A stretch of DNA of 52,881 nt, taken from the IMG/VR virus record IMGVR_UViG_3300048575_000329, positions 1 to 52,881 of that record. One strand, 5' to 3'. A program made the position numbers and the translations under genes. Position 1 is the stretch's first letter. The number at the start of each line of letters is the position of its first letter. Origin of the DNA: a virus (taxonomy: Duplodnaviria; Caudoviricetes). This document shows, piece after piece, positions 18,264 to 28,564 of this stretch. Under the pieces are notes generated by a model that saw nothing but the letters and a program-made list of their open reading frames with translations, did no database searches and was not told the origin of the DNA.

Positions 18264-18929
18264 ATGAACGCGGCCAACACGCTGTCAAAAGGCGAGTTCG
18301 CCGCGATGATGGGCGTCTCGCCTGGCCGGGTCTCGCAATGGATTTCGGAAGGCAAGATCACCGCCGATGCCATGTTCGGCACCGGCCACCGGGCGCGCAT
18401 CTATCCCGACGTCGCGCGCCAGCAGGTTTCCGGCCGGACTGACCCGGGCCAGCGCTTCGGCAATGGCCTGCCGACCGCGCTCCAGGCCGAGCGGGTCGCG
18501 AGCGCCGCACCGCCGCCGACTGATCAGCTGCCGCTGGTGCAACCCGCGCGCAATACGGTCGCCGACCAGATCGCCGCGACGCAGCTCGAGAAGCTGCAGC
18601 AGCAGGTTCGCAAGGGCGCCGAGGAAGAGCGGGCCCGCCGCGGCATCTACACGCCGACGTCGGAGGTGCGCCGCGCGCTGGGGCGCCTTGCGTCCGACCT
18701 CATGACCGCGATCGAGGGCGGGTTGCCCGAGGTCGCCAATAGCCTTGCCGCCAAGTTCAGCGTGCCGAACCGCGACGTCCTGCACGAACTGCGTGCGGCC
18801 TTTCGCCAGATCCGCGAGCGCGCCGCGGCCGAGCATGCCGCTCGCGCCGCCGCGGTTCCGGAGACTGTCGACGACGAGGAGGACGAGGGAGAGGACGGAG
18901 AAGCCGAGGCTGCCGGCGAGGACGAGTAA
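18264..18929 (+). CDS. Terminase small subunit
   Basis: N-terminal HTH SKGEFAAMMGVSPGRVSQWISEGKI, coiled coil; precedes terL. Confidence 0.82.
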   Translation: MNAANTLSKGEFAAMMGVSPGRVSQWISEGKITADAMFGTGHRARIYPDVARQQVSGRTDPGQRFGNGLPTALQAERVASAAPPPTDQLPLVQPARNTVADQIAATQLEKLQQQVRKGAEEERARRGIYTPTSEVRRALGRLASDLMTAIEGGLPEVANSLAAKFSVPNRDVLHELRAAFRQIRERAAAEHAARAAAVPETVDDEEDEGEDGEAEAAGEDE

Positions 18930-18932
18930 GTC

Positions 18933-20891
18933 ATGCCCATCGCCCTCGCCAACGTGGACCATATCGTCGATACGGTCCTCGCCGAGACGCTGCAGCCGCC
19001 GCCGCCCATCGACTTCGAGGCATGGGCCGTCGCCAACATCCGGTTCTCGGAGCGCGAGAGTTCTTTCTCCGGCCCCTACAACCCGAAGCTCTTCCCGTTC
19101 TTCGGCGAGATGCTCCGGGCGCTCGGCCCCGACGATCCCTGCCGGATCGTCACGATCGCCAAGTCTGCCCAGATCGGCGGAACGGTGCTCGCCAACATCT
19201 TCTGCCTGGGCTCCATCGCCATGGACCCGGGCGACTTCCTCTATGTCCACCCGACGGACGACAACGCCCGCCGGTGGTCGCGCGGCAAGCTGACGCCGAT
19301 GCTCATGGCTTCGGCCTCCATCGGGGCCATGTTCCCGGGCTCGTCGCGGTCGGGCAAGGAATCGATCCTCTACAAGGAGCGCACGGACGGACGCGGCGCC
19401 ATCCAGATCTCCGGGGCCAACTCGCCGGCCTCCCTCAGCCAGGTGTCGATGAAGCGCCAGGCGCAGGACGACCTGTCGAAGTGGGAGAACAACGACGCCG
19501 GCGACCCGGAGACGCAGGCGGACAGCCGCACCCGCGCCTTCGAGTTCGGCAAGATCCTGAAGATCTCGACGCCGCTGGTCATGCCGGGCTGCCGGATCAC
19601 CCGCAGCTACGAGGCGGGCAGCCAGGAGGTCTATCTCGTTCCGTGCCCGCACTGCGGTCATGAACAGACGCTGGAATGGGAGAACTTCCTCTCCAACCTC
19701 GACGAGAAGCATCCCGAGAAGGCCTGTTTCTCCTGCACCGCCTGCGGCGGGCTGATCGAGGAGCATCACCGGACCGACATCGTCGCGGCCGGCCGCTGGC
19801 ATGCCCAGGCGCCGGAGAACCGGCGGCATCACCGCTCGTTCCACATCTGGTCGGCCTATGCGCCGACACAGAGCTTCGAGCGCCTCGCCCGTGAATGGCT
19901 GAAGGCCAAGGGAGACCCGGAGACCGAGCGTGTCTTCATGAACGACTCGGTCGGTCGCGCCTGGCGCGCTGCCGAGGAAGCGCCGCCCTGGAAGGACCTG
20001 CGGGAGCGGGCCGATTCCGGCGGGCACAGTCAGGGCACCGTGCCTGTGGGCTTCCCGGTCGTGACGATCGGGGTCGATTGCCAGAAGGACTTCGTGGTCT
20101 GGCAGATCGTCGCCTGGGCCCGCGATCGCCGCCGCGCCGTCATCGACTGGGGCAGCATCCAGGGGCACATCTCGGAGCCTGCGACGCAGGCGGCGCTCGA
20201 TGCGCTGCTCGCAGGCGAGATCAGGACCGCGACGGGCTCGCGCGTCCGTCCGGACATGCTGGCCATCGACGGCAACGCCTGGACCGAAGAAGTCTGGGAG
20301 TGGGCCAAGCGCCATCCGGCGAGCCGCGTGATCATGGTGCGCGGTGTTCCGTCCGAGTTCGCGCCGCTGATCGCCAGGGTCCGGAAGGAACACAACAGCC
20401 GCGGCGTGCCGCTGAAGTACAGCCGCCGCTTCTACAACTTCGCCACCTCGGTGCTGAAGCTGGCGCTCTACCGCAACCTGATGAAGCAGGACCCGCTCGC
20501 CCGCGGCTACGTCGCCCTGCCGAAGGGCCTCGACGACGAGTATTTCCGCCAGCTGACGGCCGAGACGCGCAAGGGGACCAAGAACCCGCGCACCGGATCA
20601 GTCGAATACCGGTGGGTGAAGGACCCCAACCAGGCCAACGAGGGTCTCGACACCACCCTCCAGGCCGAGGCCGCGGCGATCCACTACGGCGTCCGCGCCA
20701 TGGGCGAGGAGCGCTGGGACCATCTCGAAGCCGAGCGCTTCGCGGCCCCTCTGCCGGTGCAGGGGAACCTCGAGGACCTGCTTCTCGGCGCGCCGCCGTC
20801 AGCCCAGCCGTCCAAACCCGCGCCGCCGGCGCCCCAGCAACCCCGCGAGACAGCCCTCGAACGGTTGGCCCGCCTCAATGCGAGTCGATGA
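18933..20891 (+). CDS. Terminase large subunit (lambda GpA family)
   Basis: KSAQIGGT Walker A, KISTP, CPHC/CTAC Zn motifs, TIGVDCQ, NEGLDT nuclease motifs. Confidence 0.95.
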   Translation: MPIALANVDHIVDTVLAETLQPPPPIDFEAWAVANIRFSERESSFSGPYNPKLFPFFGEMLRALGPDDPCRIVTIAKSAQIGGTVLANIFCLGSIAMDPGDFLYVHPTDDNARRWSRGKLTPMLMASASIGAMFPGSSRSGKESILYKERTDGRGAIQISGANSPASLSQVSMKRQAQDDLSKWENNDAGDPETQADSRTRAFEFGKILKISTPLVMPGCRITRSYEAGSQEVYLVPCPHCGHEQTLEWENFLSNLDEKHPEKACFSCTACGGLIEEHHRTDIVAAGRWHAQAPENRRHHRSFHIWSAYAPTQSFERLAREWLKAKGDPETERVFMNDSVGRAWRAAEEAPPWKDLRERADSGGHSQGTVPVGFPVVTIGVDCQKDFVVWQIVAWARDRRRAVIDWGSIQGHISEPATQAALDALLAGEIRTATGSRVRPDMLAIDGNAWTEEVWEWAKRHPASRVIMVRGVPSEFAPLIARVRKEHNSRGVPLKYSRRFYNFATSVLKLALYRNLMKQDPLARGYVALPKGLDDEYFRQLTAETRKGTKNPRTGSVEYRWVKDPNQANEGLDTTLQAEAAAIHYGVRAMGEERWDHLEAERFAAPLPVQGNLEDLLLGAPPSAQPSKPAPPAPQQPRETALERLARLNASR

Positions 20892-21103
20892 TGAGCGATC
20901 CGATCAAGGCCGCCCGTCTCGCCGAGGCGAGCGAGGCGCTGCACCAGCTGATCATCGGCAAGCGCACGGTGAAAGTGATGGTCGACGGCCAGAGCGTCGA
21001 GTTCACAGCCGCCAATCGCGCTGACCTCGAGGCCTATATCAGCCGCCTGACCTCCGAACTGGCCGGCGCCCAGCCCTATCGTGCGCTCCGGGTGGTGTTC
21101 TGA
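20888..21103 (+). CDS. Head-tail joining protein gpW
   Basis: ALHQLIIGKRTVKV..DGQSVEFT.AN..DLEAYI. Confidence 0.88.
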   Translation: MMSDPIKAARLAEASEALHQLIIGKRTVKVMVDGQSVEFTAANRADLEAYISRLTSELAGAQPYRALRVVF

Positions 21104-22692
21104 TGGCCCGTCGTCGACAGAAGGCGCGCCACGCCGGTTCTTCGGCCGCCATGGCCTCGGGCGGCGGCATTTCGAGCCCCGTTCAGGGGGCTGGATATGA
21201 CGCGCCGGACACCTCGGCCTGGTTTGCGCCCTTCGTCTCGGCCGATGGCGCCGCCCTCATCGGCCGCGAGACGGCATCGGCGCGCACCCGCGACCTCGAC
21301 CGCAACAACCGCTATGTCCGCGCCATCGTCTCGCGCCTCGTCGACATGATGGTCGGCTCCGGTCTGCGCCTGTCGTCGAAGCCGGACGCCCGCGCCCTCA
21401 GGATCGAACGCCAGGCGGCGACCGATCTCGGCCGGTTGATCGAAAGCGAGTGGCGTCTCTTCGCCGAGGACCCGCTCTACCGCGCCGACGCCCGTCGCAA
21501 GGTGACGCTGAACGGCCAGTTCAGGGTCGCGGCCCGCACCTTCGTCTCGATGAACGAGGCGGCGGCGGTGCTGAAGTGGAAGCCCGAGGGCGAGCATTTC
21601 GGAACCTGCCTTCAGGTGGTGGACCCGGACCGCATCTCGAACCCGGCAGGCCGGCCAGACAGCAATGTGCTGCGCGGCGGCATCGAGTTCGACCTGGATG
21701 GGGCGGTCATCGCGGCGCATGTGCGCAACGCCCACCCGTCCGACTACTGGCTCGGGGCCTCGATGGACGCGATGACCTGGACCCGGGTGCCGATGCGGGA
21801 CGAGCGCGGCCGGCCTGTGTTCATCCATGCCTTCGAGCCCGAGCGCGAGGACCAGACGCGCGCCATCTCGGCCTTCGCCGCGGCGCTGCCGGCCCTGAAG
21901 CAGCTCGGCCGCTTCAGCGATGCCGAACTCGGCTCGGCGCTCCTCAATGCCTTCATGGCCATGTTCATCAAGACCTCGCGCACGCCGCAGGAGGTCGCGG
22001 AATCCATGTCGACGAGCGAGGGGACGGATGCCGAGAACCTGCGGCTGAAGTTCTACACGGACAATCCGATCCGCGTGAACGGCACCCGCATTCCCGTGCT
22101 GCCGTTCGGCGACGAGCTGACGCTGAACACGACGGCACGCGAGGCCTCGAGCTTCGTCGAGTTCGAGCAGGCCTTCCTGCAGCAGATCGCCGCCTCGTCG
22201 GGGGTTAGCTACGAGCAGGCCTCCTCGAACTGGAGCCGGACGAACTACTCCTCCGCCCGCGCCTCGCTCGTCGAGATCTGGCGCACGGTCACGCGCCTCT
22301 CGGCGCAGTTCGTCGAGCAGTTCGTCTGGCCGGTCTACCTCGCCTTCCTGGACGAGGCGATCGAGACGGGCCGCATCCCGGTCCCCCCGGGCGCTCCCGA
22401 CCTGTTCGAGGCGCCCGCGGCCTGGCTGCGCGCCCGCTGGCTCGGCCCGCCGCGCGGCTATATCGACCCGGTCAAGGAAGCTCAGGCTGCGCAGATCCGC
22501 ATCGACACCATGGTCTCGACGCTGGAGCGCGAATGCGCCGAGCAGGGGCTCGATGTCGAGGACGTGCTCGACCAGCTCGCCCGCGAGCAGGAGGAACTGG
22601 CGTCTCGCGGCCTGACCCGCGCCAGCACAGCCACCCTGATGACCGTTCGCGCCCCGACGGACGAACCGGCCGCCGCGCCCGCCAAGGACTGA
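21103..22692 (+). CDS. Portal protein, lambda family
   Basis: RTRDLDRNN, GGIEFD, QTRAIS, TNYSSARASL, YIDPVKE. Confidence 0.95.
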   Translation: MARRRQKARHAGSSAAMASGGGISSPVQGAGYDAPDTSAWFAPFVSADGAALIGRETASARTRDLDRNNRYVRAIVSRLVDMMVGSGLRLSSKPDARALRIERQAATDLGRLIESEWRLFAEDPLYRADARRKVTLNGQFRVAARTFVSMNEAAAVLKWKPEGEHFGTCLQVVDPDRISNPAGRPDSNVLRGGIEFDLDGAVIAAHVRNAHPSDYWLGASMDAMTWTRVPMRDERGRPVFIHAFEPEREDQTRAISAFAAALPALKQLGRFSDAELGSALLNAFMAMFIKTSRTPQEVAESMSTSEGTDAENLRLKFYTDNPIRVNGTRIPVLPFGDELTLNTTAREASSFVEFEQAFLQQIAASSGVSYEQASSNWSRTNYSSARASLVEIWRTVTRLSAQFVEQFVWPVYLAFLDEAIETGRIPVPPGAPDLFEAPAAWLRARWLGPPRGYIDPVKEAQAAQIRIDTMVSTLERECAEQGLDVEDVLDQLAREQEELASRGLTRASTATLMTVRAPTDEPAAAPAKD

Positions 22693-22695
22693 CCG

Positions 22696-24186
22696 ATGAA
22701 CCGATCGCCCCTTGCAGCCCGGCTGACCAGTCAGCCGGTCCTGATCTCGCCTGCCGGCATGGACGGGCTGCTCGCAGCCGGCCCCACCCCGGGCGGCAGC
22801 GGCATGGTCTCGCGGCTCCTCGGCGCGCTGGGCAAGCGGCCCGCCGCCGGCGCCTCAAGGCCTCAGGCGCGCGTGCCCGATGCCCTGGCCGGCCGCGCCG
22901 TCGAGCACCGCGAAGGTTACATCCTCGCCGATGGCGTCGCCGTCATCCGCGTCGATGGCGTGCTCTGGGATGAGGGCTACTGCTACGACGACGGCTGGTG
23001 GTCGTTCTCGCTCTATGGCTACGACGACCTGCGCCGCGCGCTCGCAGCTGCCGCCGCCGATGATGCGGTCCGGGGCGTCTGGCTCAGGATCAACTCGCCG
23101 GGCGGCCTCGTCACCGGCATGACCGAGACCTGCGCCGTCATCGCCGCCTTCGAGAAGCCGCTGACGGCCTTCGTCTCGGGCGATGGCTGTTCGGCCGCCT
23201 ATGCCCTCGCCAGCTCGGCGCAGCGCATCGTCTGCGCGCCCGCCGCCGCCGTCGGTTCCATCGGCGTCGTGTGGGTTCATCTCGACACCTCGAAGATGAA
23301 CGAGAACTGGGGCCTCGCCTACACGCCGATCCAGTTCGGCGCCGCCAAGACCGATGGCGCGCCCTTCAAGCCGCTCTCGGACAGCGCGCGCGCCCATTTC
23401 CAGGGGCAGATCGACACGCTCGGCCAGCGCTTCGCAGAGCACGTCGCCGAGCGGCGGGGCCTCTCGGTCGAGGCCGTCATCGCCACCGAGGCCCGCGTCG
23501 AAATGGACGAAGCGGCGCTGGCGCTCGGCCTGGTCGACGAGGTCGCGCCGGAGGCATCGGCGTTCTCCGCCTTCGCACAGTCGCTTTCCGCCGGGGCTCC
23601 GGCAACACCCACCGCGTCGCCGGCCTCGGCGCAGCACGCGGCAATCCAGGAGAAGACCATGGGTCTCAAGCAGCAGATCGAGGCCGCCCTGAAGCGCAGG
23701 AAGGCCGGCAAGGCCAGCGCCGACGACGTCCTGAACCAGATCGCCGCCCTCACGGCCAAGGCCGAGGCCGGCGAGGAGGACGACACCGCCGCCGTCGATG
23801 GCGAGGACGAGGAAGAGGAGGCCGGGACCGAGGAAGACGACACCGCGGCGGAGAGCGGCTCCGACGAGGAGGAGACCTCCGAGGACGAGGACAAGCCCGC
23901 TGCGCGCAAGGCCAAGGCCACCGAGCCGAAGGCCGGCACCGCCGCCTATGCCCTCGCGGTCATGGACCTGCCGGAGGCGAAGGGCCGCGAAGCCCTTGCC
24001 CGGACGCTCGCCGCCGAGGGCCTCCCGCTCGCCAAGGTCAAGACGATGCTGGCCTCGGCCCCGAAGAAGGCGGCCTTCGCGCCGCAGAACCCCGGCGTGA
24101 CCTCAGCTGGCGGCGGCAAGAGCGCCTCGGACGCCGATGCCCGTCTGCTGGCGGCGGGCGCCGCGCTCGCCCAGCGCCGGGCCTGA
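22696..24186 (+). CDS. S49 prohead protease (gpC-like) with C-terminal scaffold
   Basis: INSPGG, CSAAYALAS, VGSIGV, ALGLVDEV; acidic linker and C-terminal domain. Confidence 0.92.
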   Translation: MNRSPLAARLTSQPVLISPAGMDGLLAAGPTPGGSGMVSRLLGALGKRPAAGASRPQARVPDALAGRAVEHREGYILADGVAVIRVDGVLWDEGYCYDDGWWSFSLYGYDDLRRALAAAAADDAVRGVWLRINSPGGLVTGMTETCAVIAAFEKPLTAFVSGDGCSAAYALASSAQRIVCAPAAAVGSIGVVWVHLDTSKMNENWGLAYTPIQFGAAKTDGAPFKPLSDSARAHFQGQIDTLGQRFAEHVAERRGLSVEAVIATEARVEMDEAALALGLVDEVAPEASAFSAFAQSLSAGAPATPTASPASAQHAAIQEKTMGLKQQIEAALKRRKAGKASADDVLNQIAALTAKAEAGEEDDTAAVDGEDEEEEAGTEEDDTAAESGSDEEETSEDEDKPAARKAKATEPKAGTAAYALAVMDLPEAKGREALARTLAAEGLPLAKVKTMLASAPKKAAFAPQNPGVTSAGGGKSASDADARLLAAGAALAQRRA

Positions 24187-24235
24187 TCGCCAGTCCCCTC
24201 AACCTCCCACACCCATCTCAACAGGAGAGCCCTGA

Positions 24236-24934
24236 ATGTCTCCGCTTCCCACCGCGGCCTCCCGGCCGAAGACCCTCTCCGATCTCGTGAAGCACGAGAC
24301 GGACCCTCTGACCGGCCGCCGCACCGGCGTCCTCCTCGCCGGCTCGGGCGCGGCCCGCGCCATCGCTCTCGGCACGCTCGTCGCCGTCCTGAACCTCGGT
24401 ACCCCGACGGTGGCAGCCAAGGCGGGCGGCAATGCCGCCAACACGGGCCTCCTGACCCTCGACGTCACCACCCCGCTCCGGCCGGGCGCCAAGCAGGGCG
24501 TCTACGCGGTGCGGTGCATCGCGGCCGCTGCGAACAGCGGCACGTTCCGGGTCGAAGATCCGGACGGCAACGTGCTGGGCGACGTCGCCGTCGGCGCCAC
24601 GTTCGACGACGACGTCAAGTTCGTGATCGCCGACGGCGCGCAGGACTTCATCGTCGGCGAGGGTTTCGACATCACGGTTCCCGCGGGCAACGGCAAGCTG
24701 GTTGCCTGGTCGCCGACCGGCGTCGGCGGCGCGGAGGTGGTCGCCGGCATTGCCCTCAACGAGGTGACGGCCGCTGACGGCGTCGATGCGGTGGATCCGG
24801 TTCTCTACCTGCGCCGGGACGCGCTCGTCGTGTCCAGCGAGATCGCCTGGCCGGACGGCATCTCGGCCGGCGACAAGGCGCTGGCCCTCGCCGCGCTGGA
24901 GCGGCTCGGCATCAAGGCCGACCCCGCCTGGTAA
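24236..24934 (+). CDS. Head decoration protein
   Basis: Between protease and capsid; SDLVKHE, GTLVA, IAWP, ALAALERLGI. Confidence 0.8.
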   Translation: MSPLPTAASRPKTLSDLVKHETDPLTGRRTGVLLAGSGAARAIALGTLVAVLNLGTPTVAAKAGGNAANTGLLTLDVTTPLRPGAKQGVYAVRCIAAAANSGTFRVEDPDGNVLGDVAVGATFDDDVKFVIADGAQDFIVGEGFDITVPAGNGKLVAWSPTGVGGAEVVAGIALNEVTAADGVDAVDPVLYLRRDALVVSSEIAWPDGISAGDKALALAALERLGIKADPAW

Positions 24935-25030
24935 GGCCCCAGCTCATCGAATCCTGACCAGAGGGCGTCGGAGCGATCCGGCGCCCTTGTCGTTCCGCAA
25001 CTCCGAAACGCCCCGAAAGGCTCTCGCGCC

Positions 25031-26071
25031 ATGTTCAACTGGCAGTACTCCAACGTTGCCCTGACGGGCACCATCAACCGCGTGCCGAACCTCTACGGCC
25101 TCCTGAACCACCTCAATCTGTTCCCGTCGAAGTCGATCGCGAACACGGTGGTGGAGGTCCGTTACGAGGACGGCCAGATCATCGTCCTTCCCGCCACCGA
25201 GCGCGGCGCTCCGCCCTCGCTCGCCGGCAAGCGCAGCGGCAACACCATCTATCTCGGCGTGCCGCACTTCCCGCATCTCGACATCCTGACCCCGGCCGAC
25301 ATCCAGAACATGGTGACGGTCGAGGGCGACCAGTTCCGCCCCCGCACCGCCGAGGACGAACTCGCCGCCAAGCTGCAGCTCGTGCGCATGAAGCACGACA
25401 TCACCCGAGAATACATGCGCATGGGTGCGCTCAAGGGCGTCATCAAGGATGGCTCCGGCAAGACGCTCTACGACATCTTCGCGCACTTCAACGTCACCAA
25501 GAAGCAGGTCTTCTTCGACCTGTCGAACGCCGCCGCCGACATCAAGGGCACGTGCGAGGCCCTGCACGATACGATCGCCGAAGACCTCAAGGGCGAGACC
25601 ATGACCAATGTCGAGGTCGTCGTCTCGACGGGCTTCTTCAACAAGTTCGTGCAGCACCCCAAGGTCGAGAAGTACTACGAGAAGCATCCCGCCATGCTGC
25701 TCCTCACGGGCATGACGCGGGAGCCGGCCTCGGCCTGGGGCCGCTCGTTCGAACACGAGAACATCCTGTTCCGCGAGTACAAGGGCATCGCCTCGGTGAA
25801 GGACGCCAATGGCGCCGTCATCAACGAGCGCTTCGTCGCCGCCGACATGGGCCACGCCTATCCGGCGGGCACGATGGACGCCTTTGCGACCTATGACGCG
25901 CCTCCGCACCACATGGACATGGTCAACAAGCCCGGCGTCGAGATCTATGTCTCGCAGAAGGTGCTCGACCATGGCGCGGGCATCGAACTGCACTCGCAGT
26001 CGAACTGCCTGGCGGTGCCGCGCCGGCCGGAGCTGCTCGTCGAAGTCTCGGCCGCCGCCGATCCGGGCTGA
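25031..26071 (+). CDS. Major capsid protein (lambda gpE family)
   Basis: LTGTINRVP, PHFPH, TREYMRMGALKG, ELHSQSNCL. Confidence 0.92.
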   Translation: MFNWQYSNVALTGTINRVPNLYGLLNHLNLFPSKSIANTVVEVRYEDGQIIVLPATERGAPPSLAGKRSGNTIYLGVPHFPHLDILTPADIQNMVTVEGDQFRPRTAEDELAAKLQLVRMKHDITREYMRMGALKGVIKDGSGKTLYDIFAHFNVTKKQVFFDLSNAAADIKGTCEALHDTIAEDLKGETMTNVEVVVSTGFFNKFVQHPKVEKYYEKHPAMLLLTGMTREPASAWGRSFEHENILFREYKGIASVKDANGAVINERFVAADMGHAYPAGTMDAFATYDAPPHHMDMVNKPGVEIYVSQKVLDHGAGIELHSQSNCLAVPRRPELLVEVSAAADPG

Positions 26072-26079
26072 CCGGTCCG

Positions 26080-26442
26080 ATGATCGACATCGCCAAAATC
26101 GCGGCCGAGGGCGTCTCCGGCGCCCTCGGCCTCGCCGCCACCTATCGCGCTCCGGGCTCGGCCCCCGACGCGACCGGTCTTGCCGTGCGCATCGTGCCGA
26201 GCGATGCAGACGCCAGGATCGAGCTTGCCGGCGGGCGCACGCCCTTCGGCCGCGAGGCCATCCGCTTCCGCGTCTATGCGGTGCCTGTCGGCGCCGCCAT
26301 TGACCTGTCGAAGGGCGGCACCATCACCCGCGCCGCCGACGGCTTCGCGATGTCGGGCGAGGCGTTCACCCTGACCGGCGACGGCGAGGCCGCGGACCGC
26401 GGGCGCTGCTCGTGGTTCGTCTCGGTGAGGCGAGCCGCCTGA
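26080..26442 (+). CDS. Head-tail joining protein (FII-like)
   Basis: Position after the capsid gene; size; beta-rich pattern. Confidence 0.6.
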   Translation: MIDIAKIAAEGVSGALGLAATYRAPGSAPDATGLAVRIVPSDADARIELAGGRTPFGREAIRFRVYAVPVGAAIDLSKGGTITRAADGFAMSGEAFTLTGDGEAADRGRCSWFVSVRRAA

Positions 26443-27107
26443 TGAAGGTCTCGACCACCGTCGACCTCTCCGGTTTCCGCCCGGCGGAGGCCGGCAAGGC
26501 CATCGCCCGTGAGATCGGACCGCGCACCGCCGCTGCCACCGAACGGCTGAAGACGCGGCTGCGCGGCGACACGCGCGGGGCTCTGGGCTCCCGCATGGCC
26601 AACACCTGGCGCGGCGAGGTCTATCCGGTGAAGCGGCCGACCCGGACGCTGAACCCGGCGGGCCTCGTCACCTCGAATGCCTCGAAGGTCGTCTCGGCCT
26701 TCGATCCTGGCGCACTCATCCGCGCAAGGAATGCGACCTATCTGGCCATCCCGACCGAGAACGTGCCCCGCGTCGGCAGGGCAGGGAAGCCAATGACCCC
26801 CGTCGAGGTCGAGGCCCGGTTCAATCAGGAGATGGAGGTCACTCCGTCGCTGACCAGGCCGGGAACCTTCCTCCTCGTCATCACGGCCCGCCGCGGCAAG
26901 CGCGGCGTCCGCGAGATCAAGGCGAAGACCGCGCGCGGTTTCTGGCGGCAGGCCGAGCGCATCGTGATGTTCGTCCTCGTCCGGCAGGTGCGGCTGAAGC
27001 CGCTGCTCAACTGGCGCCGCATCATCGCCGCAGAGCAGGCCGCCTTCGCCCAGGAGATCAGGGCGGGTGTCGCCACGGCGTTGCGACCCTTCGGAGGCGC
27101 TGCATGA
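26442..27107 (+). CDS. Tail completion / neck protein
   Basis: LGSRMANTWRGEVYP, YLAIPT, MFVLVRQVRL; synteny. Confidence 0.7.
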   Translation: MKVSTTVDLSGFRPAEAGKAIAREIGPRTAAATERLKTRLRGDTRGALGSRMANTWRGEVYPVKRPTRTLNPAGLVTSNASKVVSAFDPGALIRARNATYLAIPTENVPRVGRAGKPMTPVEVEARFNQEMEVTPSLTRPGTFLLVITARRGKRGVREIKAKTARGFWRQAERIVMFVLVRQVRLKPLLNWRRIIAAEQAAFAQEIRAGVATALRPFGGAA

Positions 27108-27559
27108 CTAAGACCGAAAGCGCCCTGCGGGCCTTCGCCGCGCTCTGCGCCGGGGCCGACAGCCTGCCGCCGCTTGGGCGCAACGTCGTCACCTTCAGCC
27201 GGGTGAAGCCCTTCACCGTGACCCCGGAGGAGGGCGATCCGGTCATCGCTGATGTCGCCTTCGTGCTGTTCGACGGCTCTGGCCGGATCGATGCTGAGCG
27301 CCTCTCGCTCCACGACAACGAGATCGAGCACACCGCCGACCTCGAGATCCTCGTCCAGGGCGAGCACTGCGACGCGGTGTTCGACGCCATCCTCGAGGCG
27401 GTCGGCGGGCTGGTGGAAGCCAATGCCGCCGGCACCGACTGGGATCACCTCGAACTCGGCGTTCCCGCCCGCGACTTCGCGCCGGACGAGAGCCACGACC
27501 AGGGCAAGGGCTGCGTCCTGCCCGTGATCTTCACCTTCCGATCCGCCCAGCCCTTCTGA
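27104..27559 (+). CDS. Putative tail terminator
   Basis: Acidic 151-aa protein before the tail tube. Confidence 0.6.
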   Translation: MTKTESALRAFAALCAGADSLPPLGRNVVTFSRVKPFTVTPEEGDPVIADVAFVLFDGSGRIDAERLSLHDNEIEHTADLEILVQGEHCDAVFDAILEAVGGLVEANAAGTDWDHLELGVPARDFAPDESHDQGKGCVLPVIFTFRSAQPF

Positions 27560-27569
27560 GGAGCCGCAC

Positions 27570-28553
27570 ATGAGCACCGTCACGCCCCTGAAGGGCAAGA
27601 AGACCAATCTCTTCGTCGGGGTCGAGGATACCTATGGCACGGCGCCGGTCGCCGCGGAGGCCTGGGCGCGGCTTCCCTACTATTCCGAGACGCTGAAGCC
27701 GAACCGGCCGCTGGAGCCGGACCCGGTCCTCGGCAAGGTCACCCACAACGACCGCGATCCGACCGATCCGGCGCCGAATCTCCTCACCCATGGCGGCGAC
27801 ATCGTCCTGCCGCTCGACCTCGGCCTGCTGCCGATCCTCGGCTACCTGACCTTCGGCGCGCCGGTGACGACCGGAGCGGGCGCGAACCTCATCCACACCT
27901 TCGGCTCCGGCGTCGCCGAGATCCCGACCTTCTGCGCCGAGCTGGAGGCCGGAACCGCGAAGTTCCGCCACCACGGCCTCGCCATCTCGCGCCTCGCCAT
28001 CGCCGCCAAGCGCGAGGCCGGCTATCGCCGCATCACCGCGACCCTGCTCGGCCAGAAGATGAGCATCCCGGGCGCGCTGGCGCGGCCCGCAGACCTGCCG
28101 GACCCTTCGGCGGAGCAGGTCGCCGCCGCGATCGGCGTGGTGAAGTGGGACGGTGTCGCCATCGCCCAGCTGATGGAAGCGACCGCCCAGTACGACACCG
28201 GCGCGACGCCGATGGAGTACGTCAACGGCACCGAGGAGATTTCCGGCATCGAGCTCGGCAACGACGCGGCCTTCACCGGCCGCCTGATGATGCGCTTCTC
28301 GAACACCGACTTCTATGCCCTGGCGCTCGCCGGCACGCCGGGTGCGCTGTCCTTCGAGTACACGCTCAACGCCAACCGCGCCCTGACCCTTTCGACGCCG
28401 CGCGCCTTCCTCGCCCAAACCGGGCCGGAGATCAGCGGTCCCGGCGGCCTTGAGGCCTCCTTCGACTTCACCGCCGCGCAGGGCTCCGCCGCCGACATGC
28501 TGACCATGGTGGTCAAGACCGGCGCTGAAGCCTTCCCGCCGGCAGCCCCGTGA
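27570..28553 (+). CDS. Tail tube (major tail) protein
   Basis: EDTYGTAP, GGDIVLPL, HTF, ISGPGGLEASF; GAGGAG RBS. Confidence 0.85.
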   Translation: MSTVTPLKGKKTNLFVGVEDTYGTAPVAAEAWARLPYYSETLKPNRPLEPDPVLGKVTHNDRDPTDPAPNLLTHGGDIVLPLDLGLLPILGYLTFGAPVTTGAGANLIHTFGSGVAEIPTFCAELEAGTAKFRHHGLAISRLAIAAKREAGYRRITATLLGQKMSIPGALARPADLPDPSAEQVAAAIGVVKWDGVAIAQLMEATAQYDTGATPMEYVNGTEEISGIELGNDAAFTGRLMMRFSNTDFYALALAGTPGALSFEYTLNANRALTLSTPRAFLAQTGPEISGPGGLEASFDFTAAQGSAADMLTMVVKTGAEAFPPAAP

Positions 28554-28564
28554 GAGGACTGACC

